From: Podarcis liolepis
Lineage: Eukaryota
Strand: one strand, 5' to 3'
DNA length: 64,000 bases
Assembly (NCBI GenBank): GCA_965112155.1
Contig: OZ218109.1
Shown in pieces: positions 53,231-64,000 of the stretch. Position 1 is the stretch's first letter. Every line of letters starts with the position of its first letter. Below the pieces are notes generated by a model. That model was not told the origin of the DNA, did not search any database, and worked only from the letters and a program-made list of their open reading frames with translations. A program made the position numbers and the translations under genes.

Positions 53231-56200
53231 TCAGCTATGGGACAGAAGATGGACAGAGTGTGGGAGAAGTTGACAGGAGAAGAGGGTGGGGAAAGGAGGG
53301 CGCCACAAAAACTGGGCTGTTCACCACATTGGCCATGCTTGTAGGGTTGTTAGGTGAGGGTGGAAACGTTTTGGTGGGTGGTTAATAGGCTCTCACTGTG
53401 GTCTGTTAAACAGGGAGTTAGTATTGACAGTGTCATCTGAAATGCTTCAAACGGCATCTGTTCCCGTCGCTGACATTTAGGAAACTGCAGCCGAGTACTG
53501 GAACAAAACTCAAAAAAGCAGGAGATGGTTTACTGCAGACATGCGCAAGCATGGGGTGGGGGGAGAGACAATGCTACCATTAAATATTTTCATGCCCCAC
53601 CCCCATTCCCCTGGATTTCCAATTCCAGATTTCAGCAGGAAGACAAAAGTCCATTATTTGGTATCATCCAAGTCGGTCACTTGACTTACACATTTACCAA
53701 ACACACACAATCCGCTTTCAAGTCCAACCCAAGCTTTGGGTTTAGGGTAAAACTACCTGTCTGTACTGGCGTTGATCCTGTAGCTTGTGCGGTTTGCTTG
53801 TTTTGTCTGCGTTGCTTTGCTGTCTACTTTTTGCGGCTGCAGGGATTGGCATCCTGCTGGTCTGTGAAGTGCTGGTTGAACCCTGTGAGGAAGGTTGGGG
53901 TGCCAAGGGGAAGGGGAGAGAGATAAGGGAAACATGGGGTGAGCATCAGTGCATGGGCAAGGTGGAGGCTCACGCACCATGGCCAAAGCTGCTTTGAGTG
54001 AGAAGGCAAAGCCCCCAAGACATGCACGGGAAGCACCAAAAGGATCCACACCACAAGGCACACCACTGGTGTTAATTCCAGGAATCAAAAATGGAGGTCA
54101 AAGGCTCAACTACAGATCAACCTACGTTTAACTGGCAGTCCCAGGTATTTTGATTCGCCCACAGCTGACCAAGCTTCCTTTATTGCCCATCACCAATCAG
54201 CAGGAGAGATTTTATTTTATTTTTTAAAAATGAAACCACACACAAATCTATTAGCTGTTAGACACCTAATGGATGCACCAAACAAGCCACCCGAAAGGAA
54301 GCAAACCAATCAGAAGACACCTCTTGCTTAATGGTGATTATTACGGCAGATTTTGTTTTAGAAAGCAGCTGGAGTTGTGATTTCTCATACTAAAGTACCT
54401 TACGTGAAGTTGACGGTATTGAGGAGGGGGGTTCAACATCAGCAATAGTCTCTTCCAGCGCTAGGGGTTCTTTTGGTGAGAAAAAGCCCGGGACAGAAGT
54501 TCCCTCCGATCGGGCTGGAGCTTCAGAAACTGATTTGGGGCTCATCTCACTAATAGTGCTCTCCAGTTGCTTGATAGTCTGCTCCAGGCTGTCCAGAGTC
54601 CTGTACGTGTTCTTCCTAATTTCTTCAGTCCTAGAAGTCTGTCCAGTTAGGTTGGGCTCCTCCTTCCCGGAAGCGTCATCGGGCCGACTGCTCGGGATTT
54701 CAAACCTTTTTGCCTCTTTGTGCTGTTTCACAGTGCCGTCCTCCTCCTCCTCTTCATACACAACCACTTGCAAAGTTTTCTTGCCGGTTTTAGTCCCTGT
54801 GCGGATTGCCTGCGTAAGAGCAGCCAGCTGCTTTTTAGGGAATTTAAACCTGAATTTCTTCTTTGTATCAGGAATGTCCAGCTTTGACTCTGGATGTGGC
54901 GCATAAATATAAGGAGATTTCCTGAGATCCATCTCATCTGTTTCCTGCCCTTCAAGGTGTTTGGCTTGAGTCGCTGAATTAGACAGATAGCGGTGTCTGA
55001 AGTCCTGCTCAAATCTGCTGCTTGTTGCGTCATCAGCCCCATGACTCCTATGACTGTCTGCACTGGTAACGCCTATGTTACGGGCACCACGTGTCACAGG
55101 TTCTTGGTCTTCTTCTTCTTCCTCCTCCTCTTCCTCTATCTTCTCTTCTGTCATCATTTTTTCCAGCTCTTCATCACATTCCTCAAATATTGTTGAAAGT
55201 CTTTTATAAGCTGATCGGATGTCCATTGGCTCATCAAAAATAATGATTACTGGCTTTTTGTCCAAGCAGACCACGGGCTCTTCATTTTCACGGTTCTCTA
55301 GCGTCCCTTGTTGGGATGTTGCTTCCCTTCTGGAATCAATGTTCACAGTCTGCACATCTTCTCCCTGCCTGTTGACTATATCGTGGACCTCTCCACTGGA
55401 CAGAAACTGGACTGCTGTTTTGGTAATCATGAAAGCAATGTTCTCCGATGGTGGACTTTCATCACTTGGAGAGCTAGTTGGCGACTCTACCTCATCCATA
55501 CTATTTAAGGTAACATTTCTAGGTGCCTTATGCCTCAGCACAACTTGATTATAGGCCCCAGCAGACATTTCTTGTTCCTCTGGAGACTTAGGAGAAGCCT
55601 CCTGAGTGTATGAGTCTGTTTGACTGACAGGCGGTGCCCCTGCACCACTGAGAGGCTCCTTCTGGGGCGAACCATGACCAGTCTCTCCAAGTGCAGCATT
55701 GGCTGACCTTTGTCTTCCAGTTTCAACTGTTGGACATTGTGCTTCTTCTGGCCCCGTCTTCCTTTCATTGTCTAACACAATGGAGCAGTTTGTTTTCAGC
55801 TTAAGAGAATTTGTTTGTGCATACTCCTTATTCTCCAAAAGCAAATCTTTGCTGAAGGCAGAGTTTTCAGCAATGCTGGGAGCATCCGAGACCATCTCTT
55901 CTGTCTGGTGCTTGGGATGGTCACTATCTTTTGTTGCCTCCCCATACACCTAGGGGGAAGAGTTGCATTACTTAGTTACTGAGGGATACAACTTTTTTTT
56001 TTTTAAGGCTGGGACTATTTCCCCCCAATTATTTAGCACATCATCAGATAAAGTACAGATAATGTGAACGGGCCACTTTCTACATCAATGCAGAGCCATT
56101 TCCATGGTCTTCAGCGGATTTTTTTGCACCTCTTCCAGGGGTTTACTCCAAATCTGGTAGAACTTTGTATTACACACAAAACTATGCAGGCAGACAACAC

Positions 56201-59200
56201 GGGTTCTAGAATGAGTCCTTTAAGCAACCCCTCCATAGACTTTACATCCTGTACAACATTTGTGCCATCTTGATAATATTCCTCCCTTTCAACAATTGTT
56301 TTGTATGAAACAGAAACCTTTCATTTAGGCTGTTGGACTAAACTTGGTTAGGAAACAGTGACCGCACCATTTGGACTAGAATGCTGACTGCTAACATTTA
56401 AGCCAGTTCTCCAAGCTGGCTAGCTCAGAAAGGCCTCTTCCTCTGGTATAACCATTACATTTGATTAGCGGGTGGGGTTTTTGTTTTTCTCCAGCTGGAG
56501 GGCTGCATTCTCCAGTGAGCAACCTTTCAGGGGTCACATCTAAGTGGAAGGTGGGGCAACGGAAGTGACTCTCTTATCTTGGTACAGTAGGTTATGGTCC
56601 AGCCACACAAAAGCCAGAGGTTTTTATGTGTGCACTCATCCATGGGTATGGTTAGAGTTCAAGGACACAGGTCAGCCAGGCAGAAGAACTGGAGGAGGCT
56701 GTGGAGCAGGGGCAAAGAGGGGCATGGCCTAGGGAGAGCCCCCAGGGCAAGGCAGAGAGGCCCAGCAAGGCATCCCTTGGCACTTGATTGTGCTACCCAA
56801 ATAACACAGGGTGCCTACGGTAAATAGCTTTCGGAGCTTGTTTATTTAGAAGAGCTACATTTTTCTTTCTAACCCAAGAGGCTCTCAAGAGTGGCTTGCA
56901 AAGAAGTCTTGCAAAACAATCACATTCAAACCTGGTATTAGATTAGATGGTGGCAAGAATATTGCTGGTGGCGTTTCCTACCCCTCATCCTCAGTCTCTG
57001 CTGATGTTGAATGTCGCAACTGATACGAAAGTGGATTTTTATGTGCACAGTCAATACCTTATTTTATAGGAATGGAGAAAAGCAAGAGGTCAAAATACCG
57101 GGTGTGGTTGAAGAGGCAGCACCCTGGGAAAAGAAGTTGTACCTCCCACTGCGAGGTACAACGGTGTCTGTTTCTGCTGAAAATGGATTAAGTAAGTCTG
57201 CTGGCACAGCCTATGCATTTTGGCAGCAGAGACTGCTGCAAGAGCCCTTTTCCCCTGCACAAACACACACACACACCCTGGCTAGCTCCAGCATCTACTT
57301 GCCACACTACAACGGTCCTCATGTGTATTGAGGTGCATTTATGACTCCTGGACATCTTGCCTTTGCATTTCAAATGCATTATTGCTAGTTCAGTAAAAAG
57401 GTCTCCCAACTTGTTACTGTGACCAGCAGGGCTACAAAGGGATGTGCAATGATGAGATATAGAGTCAAAAGAGTAAGCCTGGAAACAGCTGCTTCCATTG
57501 GTAGACTACAGTTTTAGTCTGTTCGTAGCAGAAACAACTTCAAGCAAAATTGTTGCTGGACCACAACGAAAAAGGTATAGTCACATAATTTGAGAATATA
57601 GGATTTTCCATCCACATTAGATAACAATCATAGTCTAATGGCAAGATCTGCTGCAGTTTTGGGAGTGCTCTTGGGCAAGGCAGCTTCCAGGCTCTGCCCC
57701 CCAATAAGTAAGTGTAGCAGATCCATGGGGCTCTCTTCAGGAGGCCCCCAGCAAATGGCCAACCTTGCTGAGCCTCCATGTCGCAGCCCTGTCCATTGAT
57801 ACACCAACTGTATCAGTCTCCAGAATCAGAATTACTATCCTGTCACACTAAAGCCATCACAAGTGCAAGTTAACTACTTGTTTTTCAACACAGGTGTCTT
57901 GATTTTAAAAACATAGCACAGCACAAGAGTTTGGAAGACAACTATCATTGTACAAGAGGCAACTTAAAACTTTCTCCCACCCCATGCAGATGTTAGCACG
58001 TCAAGGAAACCATAACCCCTCCTAAGGATCCAGGAGAAAAGGTGAAAAAGGTTTCATGCAAACCAAGCGGAAGTCAAAAAGAGCCAAAGATGTAGGTGGC
58101 ATTACATGGACAATTGGCATGAAGTGTTTCATGTGTTGTTGGAAATATTCTGGCTTCTAGGGTCAAAAGGCTATTCAGTATTATTATTTAAAGCTAGCAA
58201 AGGGCTACATGCCGTTCAGGGCACATGAGAGAGATGGCTCACTGCGTTTCCAGTTGCAGGAAATCGGGAAGCCAACATTGAATGCTGCCTTGAGTATGCC
58301 AAGTTAGAGGTGTTGAGTGTACCTATACAAAGCTGCCCTCCAGAATAGCTCAGTCAGTAGAGCATGAGACTCTTAATCTCAGGGTTGCAGGTTCAAACTA
58401 CACTATGGGCAAAAGATTCCTGCTATTGCAGGGGCTTGACCCTCGTCGTTCTTTCCAGGTCCATAAGTCTATGATTGTATGAGTACCTCCTTATCTAGTC
58501 TGGTCTATAGTATAGTCATACTATTATGAGTTTCCCCCCGGTTTGGCACCTTCTCCCTGCCTGAGATATTCTATGGTCTGGATTGTGTTTATCTTTGCTA
58601 GGGAAGGAAAAGATGGCTTTGTTCCCTGGAACAGGGAGTTGAACAAATGGGAGTTATATTTTTCTTCAGGTGCAGCATCTTAATTCCACCTGATTCTACT
58701 TCAGTTATAGCCCATCTCAGAATTCCTAAGCATGTATTAATACCACCCCAAAAGTCCCCTAACCATGAATGCAAAAATTAGAAAGGAATCTGCTTTGTGT
58801 AACAGTTTGCCTGCCTGGAGCTTTAGAGCTATTGCGTTGAAAGCAATATTGAAACGTGCAATTGCTTTCCCCAGTTGGTGTTATCATATGTATTCCAGCT
58901 ACTGCTCCTCTTATTATAAAGCAAACTTTCAAAGCAATACTGTGTTTACTCAGGAACTGTCCCGCAGTGGTCAATGCAGCTTACTCTCCGGTAAGTGTAC
59001 GTAGGATTGCAGTTTTTCACTGGTCTGCAGCAAAATGGACACTACTTTATTTCAATTTTCTTAGCTTGGTATTCTCAGAGCCAAATTAAAACACTGCATC
59101 TTACAGACACTCAGATCACTACAGTGGAACCTTGAGTTGCGGACGTAATCCGTCCTGGAGGCACGCTCACAACTCAAAGCGTTCACATCCAGAAGCGCCG

Positions 59201-62200
59201 CGTCTGTGCATGCGCGGGGCGCGATTTAGCAGCAAAACCCGGAAGTAACCATTCCAGTACTTCCAGGCTTGCCGCGGGACACAACTTGAAAAGATGTAAC
59301 CTGAAGCAGACACAACATGAGGTATGACTGTATGTTTAAACATTGTATCCTTTCTTTGGTCTCAAGAAGAGAACCTTAGGTGATGTTCGTGTTGGAATGG
59401 TTAAAATTTATTTCAGATTTACATTAGAATTTTGATTGCACAGTTGGTTGGTTTTGGGGATTGATACCTGTTTTCTATTCTGCTACACATTTGTTAGCCA
59501 CCTTGAGTTCCCCGGGAAAATTAGGTGTGATAGAAAATTTAAAAATAAAAATGCCTAAGCTTCAGATCTTAAGAGCATTTGTACCCCACTGTACAACAGA
59601 GGTAATCCTAAGATTTGTGTTGAGTCACTTAAACATTTCGTCATTCACCACATATTAATTCTGTTTCCCTAAAGGCTAGTAGCATCTTGAGAACCTTGGT
59701 GCTAAGACGGGTCACAAATCTAGATACATGAAAACACAGCCAACACAGCACAAAGAGAGAGAGAAAGAGAGCACAAGGCACAGGGTTAGTTTGGAAGCAA
59801 GGGAAGAAGGTGAGGCCAAGAGGATGTGGCAGAACTCAAATGCCACTGTTACCTTCTTCTCCTTGGGATGTATTAAGGCCACAGGCCTCGCCTCTTTTGT
59901 GTGAGTGTCATTTCGGGACTGTTCAACATGGCTGTTTGAGTTTACATCCATGTAAGAGCACTTCTGGAAAGCCTAGAGAGTTAAAACATGGCAGGTTATC
60001 GGAAGACCTTTTCCAATCAAGAGCCAAGTCACTTCCTTGAGCCATTCCAGTCAAGAGTTTGCTTGCTTGCTTTTTTCCTCTGAGCTTCTTCAGGACCAGC
60101 TCTGATCAAACAAGGCTATATCAACAACAGGGGCTCAGAAATTATGTCTAGGCTGAAAAGCTAAGGGTTAGTTCCTACTGGCCAGCTGTGAAGCCCTGTC
60201 TCAAAATGACAGCACAGCAATACTCTATGCATTGGCTGATGAAACGACATGCCTCATGTCATTGCGGTTTATTTAAAACAAACCTTTAACCTGACAATTA
60301 TGCCACAGCTAATGTTACCCGGAGATCTTTATGTGGCATACAAAGTTACAAATCCAATAATGGTTTCTCTCTCTTCCAGTCCACACTAATTGTTTGAAAT
60401 GTTACAGGCTGCAAAAAAGTTACTGAAAGAGAATCAAGCTCCACACTGCACTCCCCCAGCCTTGTTTTAGAGCTGGAATCTACAGCTGCTAGTTCTTTAT
60501 AACAAGAATTCTACACCTTTTGAATAAGAGCAAGTTGTGACCAACGGTAAAAATAAAAGCACCCCAGAACATTATTACCTCATTAGTTTGCCACAGCAAG
60601 GAGGGCCTGCCATCATAGTGAGCCCCATGAGAAGATTTGTTGAAGCTTGATAACCATCTATGTGTTCACCTCCTTATTGGAATCACTGACAGATGTGAGA
60701 GCCAGTGGAGATATTATTTTAATATAACGAATAGTTTTGTCTTCCACAGACTCTGGCACGAAGAGTGCCCCCAAAGTGCACGTCAAATATGTAGTCAGTA
60801 CCAATTGCATAGTAAGCAACACAATCTAGCCCAAGTCAGCCACAGCTCTCAAGAGCAACAGAACGGGACTTGATTGTGACTGACAGTTGTTAGATTGCGC
60901 CCCTAGACTTCAGCAAGGTCACAGAGAAACCATTCCTATGTTACAATGAACGAGCAGGCTAGATAATCCTTAGGCAAGTTCTGAATACTTTCTTGCTGAC
61001 AATAGGATCCAGAGTTCAAACCACTGGAATCGAACTCTGATCTTTGGGCCTGTTTATGGCCACGAATATTCAAATCCTCCTTCAGATCCAGTTTTTCCTG
61101 ACCTGAACCAAGTTGTACCTGTATATGAAATGGATGTGTGCACCAGAAAGGCATAGAAATAAGCTTTCCCCCTCTTATCCCATTTACTTACACCTGAGAC
61201 CATATCTTGACACAGGCTGCAGCAACGAGCGGCAATGTGTATTTCCTGAAGGAGCTCACTTGCCCATTCACTTAAGTGGGACTTAATTCCCTTGGAATTG
61301 TGCTCTGGGTCCAAAGACCAGAAGCGAATGCTATCCAAGGAACATCTCTCTGCAGGTCCAGCCTCATCATACCTGTAATTCTGCCATTATTCTGTCTCCG
61401 TCCTCCTCGTCCTCCTCCTTTGCAGGTGGAATTGTGCCCAGGGGTTGAGGAGAGGCATGGTCTTCCTTAGGGACTTTTGGCTGTGCTCCTTGAGCAGCAT
61501 CTTCACTGCTTTCCTAAGTAGTATAACAAACAATTTTAAAAAAACTAATATTTAAGAAATTCGACCATTAGCGTGACACCAACAAAATGAAATACTCCCC
61601 TCTATTACATTTTCTTTAGTTTTCTGAATGGGAAGCATCATCCCATCCCATCCTCCAGAAGAAATTCAACGCCAATTATCACATTTAGATTTGGCAGCCT
61701 AAGACCATGCCATGCTATGTGATGGAAAGATTTTAATGTATCTCCTTGGGCGGCTGGGGGAGATAATGAAACAAACAGATGGATAAAGCAAGCAGAGAAG
61801 AGCTCACTAGAAAGGTTTCTATGGAACTGTTCTCATCGATTGTGTCAATCTGTGCTAAATATTTGGCTTCTTGAAGATTATTTGCAAATTCTTGAACATG
61901 CATAGAATGAACGCAGCTTCTAATCTGCCTCATGTTATTATAAATAAGAATACAGGGAGGATGATTCCCATAAAGGCAGGGCTGGGCAGAGCCTACTGTA
62001 TGAAATGCATTTCCTGAGAGACTTCCTTCGATGCCCGTTTGGGTCACAAACCTCCACCCCACACCCCACCCCATTGGCAACTTAAGTAAGAAAGACATTG
62101 TCTTGCCCAGAAGCTCTTCCTGTTCTGGGTATCTAATTTTGCTTCAATTGCCTCAATCACCAAACCTTGACCAAAGTGCTGTCTTTCCTGGCCACGTAAC

Positions 62201-64000
62201 TGACTTCTCCCAGTCTTGTGCTTAGTCCAGATCCTATCAGATAACTGCGACGCGGAGGCGGAGGAGGTGGAGACTTCACTGGCTTTTCGGTCTCCTGCTC
62301 TGGGTTAGGAGCCTCTTCTGAAAATTCAAGGTGCAGTGGTTTTAAAAACATGGCCTGCCACCCTAAAGTTAACCAACATGGTAATCCACTTATGTTTGAT
62401 AGGAGAGATTTAACGTGCTGCTCAAATTTCCAATTAAGAATATGTTTGATGCTCAGTGTAGAAACCCTCTTGAACAGAACATTGATCAATGGGGCCTGAA
62501 AGTGCCAGATCCTTGGTTGCACTGTGCCCAAAATTGCTTTGTAAGGTATTGCTTTATAGCAGGCAAGTCCAACATGTAGATCTACTGGTAGATCACTGAA
62601 CATCTGTGGTAGATCACTGGCTCCCCCCCAAAGAAATTTTGCTCCCCTAAAAAAGGACCAGAACCCCCCAAAACAGGGCTTTCCTTTAAAAAAACCCTCA
62701 ACAACTTAGACCTGAACCCCCCAAATAGGGGGTAGATCACTGCCTATTCTTAACTCTGTGAGTAGATCGCAGCCTCTTGGGGGTTGGCCACCTCTGCTTA
62801 TAGGGCAGAGGCTGCTTATAAGGACACAGGAAGGAATGAGTTGGACTATTGGGTCCATCTAGCTCATTATCAACTACACTGGCAGGCAGAGACACTCCAG
62901 AGTTCCATGCAGATCCTCTTTCCCAGCCCTACCTGAAGATGCCAGGAGCTTTTCTGCATGCAGGTGCCCTACCACTGAGTTATGCACCTTCCACTTATCA
63001 GCAAGTAGGGCCTACATTCCCACCAATATGTTTTCTCTAAGACTTGGAGCTCGGAAGTCAATAGTTACTGTTTGCTTTCTCATTTAAAAGAGAGTCAAGC
63101 TTCGAAGCTCCACCCATCTATCTTATTGGAATGCACTAAGCCTTACCAGAGACGGCTGCGTCAGCTTTCGGCGAGCCTGTGGCTTGTGGAGGCATCTCAA
63201 GGTTTGGGATTGATTTCATGATATTGGCTTGTGCTTCTTCGAGGAGTTTTTCAAATTCTTTTCCATTGTAGTGATCGAGGTTCTGCCTTTTCTCTTCCCA
63301 TTTCTTCTCTGCTTTCTAAGAAGAAACACACACAGAGAGAGGGGAATGTTTTGAAATCAGTTTGGGCTTCACTCTGTATTTAATTTTTTTATTTATAAAC
63401 TTTTAGATGAATCAGATACGCAGAGGTGCTCCGAGTTCTGCCAGCCATCTTTGCAAAAAGACATTTATTAATGTCATGCCAAGTTTGGCACTCGAGAAAC
63501 AGGACTCCTATAGCGTCCAAAAAGACAGCCCAGAGTTCTCCTGCCTCGTTCTTAGATGGCCCATAGCACCCGAAACCCTCCCTGCCATAACATGCACCAC
63601 GTGTACCTCAATTGACAGAGCTCTGTTCCTGGTACTGGCGCTGTGAAGTTCCTCGATAAAAAGGCTTTGCATGGTGGAGCCATTAACTTGGGGCGACTGA
63701 GGTGCCTGCGTTTGCTGGGTGGTCGCTGTCACTGTGGCTGCTGCTGCAGCAGACTCTGGCATGGCAGGCATCAGGTGGCGTGATGCGGATGAACCTGCCA
63801 AGGGGCTGTTGGCCACGGGAGAATTTGGGGCATTGCTGACCAGTGTTGTTGAATGCTGAGACTGATGCATGACCACCGGGGAGCTTTGTGCATGGTGGAC
63901 GGTCATGCTCGAGACAGGGATCACCTCTGACCTGACAGACAGTTCGGCTGAGGGGTCGCCAACCTTTTGCTTTGGGGAAGCGGGGCTCTTTGCAGCGTCG
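53231..64000 (-). CDS. KIAA1217: Sickle tail protein homolog KIAA1217/SKT, spliced, partial (5' part beyond window; last exon in gap)
   Basis: Peptides AEKKWEEKRQNLDHYNGKEFEKLLEEAQANIMKSIPNL, KSPPPPPPRR, KKPVIIIFDEPMDIRSAYKRLSTIFEE, KKKFRFKFPKKQLAALTQAIRTGTKTGKKTLQVVVYEEEEE. Confidence 0.96.
53757..53882 (-). CDS. KIAA1217: KIAA1217 penultimate exon (GSTSTSQTSRMPIP...LQDQRQYRQ)
   Basis: tcacag|GGT...AGACAG|gtagtt; 126 nt. Confidence 0.93.
54399..55949 (-). CDS. KIAA1217: KIAA1217 large exon (VYGEATKD...PSSIPSTSRK), 1551 nt
   Basis: ccctag|GTG...CGTAAG|gtactt; ORF 54390..55949. Confidence 0.96.
56077..56153 (-). pseudogene. KIAA1217: Decayed KIAA1217 cassette exon (77 nt, frame-disrupted)
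   Basis: accag|ATTTGGAG...GTAGAAA|gtggcc; pieces LE / EEVQK / SAEDHGNGS in different frames resemble recalled human NLEFFHEDVRKSDVEYENGPQMEFQK; sits 127 nt upstream of the large exon. Confidence 0.6.
58340..58482 (+). mobile_element. tRNA-Lys-derived SINE with CR1 tail (lacertid POM-like)
   Basis: tagctcagtcagtagagcatgagactcttaatctcagggt resembles tRNA-Lys(CTT), followed by gattcctg...tctatgattgtatga tail. Confidence 0.8.
59122..59330. mobile_element. Tc1/mariner MITE
   Basis: Imperfect TIRs cagtggaaccttgagttg / caacatgaggtatgactg; TA TSD. Confidence 0.7.
59853..59972 (-). CDS. KIAA1217: KIAA1217 exon (AFQKCSYMDVNSNSH...HPKEKK)
   Basis: ctctag|GCT...AAGAAG|gtaaca; 120 nt. Confidence 0.94.
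61373..61513 (-). CDS. KIAA1217: KIAA1217 exon (ESSEDAAQ...EEDEEDGDRIMAELQ)
   Basis: acttag|GAA...TTACAG|gtatga; 141 nt. Confidence 0.93.
62166..62317 (-). CDS. KIAA1217: KIAA1217 exon (EEAPNP...KSPPPPPPRRSYL...KDSTLVK)
   Basis: tttcag|AA...GTCAAG|gtttgg; 152 nt. Confidence 0.93.
62560..62796. mobile_element. hAT-type MITE (gtagatc repeats)
   Basis: caggcaagtccaac / gttggccacctctg termini; near-TSD ctttatag / cttatagg. Confidence 0.65.
63147..63315 (-). CDS. KIAA1217: KIAA1217 exon (KAEKKWEEKRQ...KADAAVS)
   Basis: cttag|AAA...TCTG|gtaagg; 169 nt. Confidence 0.95.
63607..64000 (-). CDS. KIAA1217: KIAA1217 exon, truncated by window edge (...HAQSSPVVMHQ...RNRALSIE)
   Basis: Frame open to position 64000; donor ATTGAG|gtacac. 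Confidence 0.92.

Noticed and set aside
52928-53344. ORFs spanning the N run
   Set aside because: Artefacts of undefined bases.
54535-55953. Plus-strand ORFs over the KIAA1217 large exon
   Set aside because: Antisense shadows.
58340-58410. tRNA-Lys-like gene
   Set aside because: Acceptor and T stems are degenerate and it is fused to a CR1-type tail, so it is a SINE head.
59700-59790. Strong minus-strand pyrimidine tract with acceptor giving ICDPS*
   Set aside because: The tract is partly simple (CT) repeat and there is no other support.
60936-61118. Possible KIAA1217 cryptic exon (atacag|VQLGSGQEKLDLKEDL...*)
   Set aside because: Only an AG and an open frame; weak pyrimidine tract and no similarity I can recognise.

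Overview
Vertebrate genomic DNA, very probably a lacertid-type lizard (inferred from a Sauria/Squam1 SINE, BovB LINE fragments and tRNA-Lys/CR1-tail SINEs). Two convergent genes fill the window. ARHGAP21 (+ strand) has 21 coding exons traced here, from mid-PDZ domain through PH and RhoGAP to the stop at 46441-46443, with poly(A) signal at 47311; its 5' exons lie upstream of the window. KIAA1217/SKT (- strand) contributes its 3' exons from the window end down to a poly(A) signal at 52384-52379, and its last coding exon disappears into a 200-N gap. Introns carry many MITEs, SINEs, LINE fragments, a probable solo LTR and microsatellites. I see no new gene family or microbial-type system. The most interesting signals are at the splicing level: (1) a BovB insertion that duplicated an ARHGAP21 5' splice site, leaving a distal donor whose use would introduce a premature stop; (2) a candidate Cys-rich alternative terminal exon in ARHGAP21; (3) a decayed KIAA1217 cassette exon; (4) several alternative KIAA1217 C-termini and a candidate internal promoter. 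Comparisons to human proteins are from memory and need alignment to confirm.
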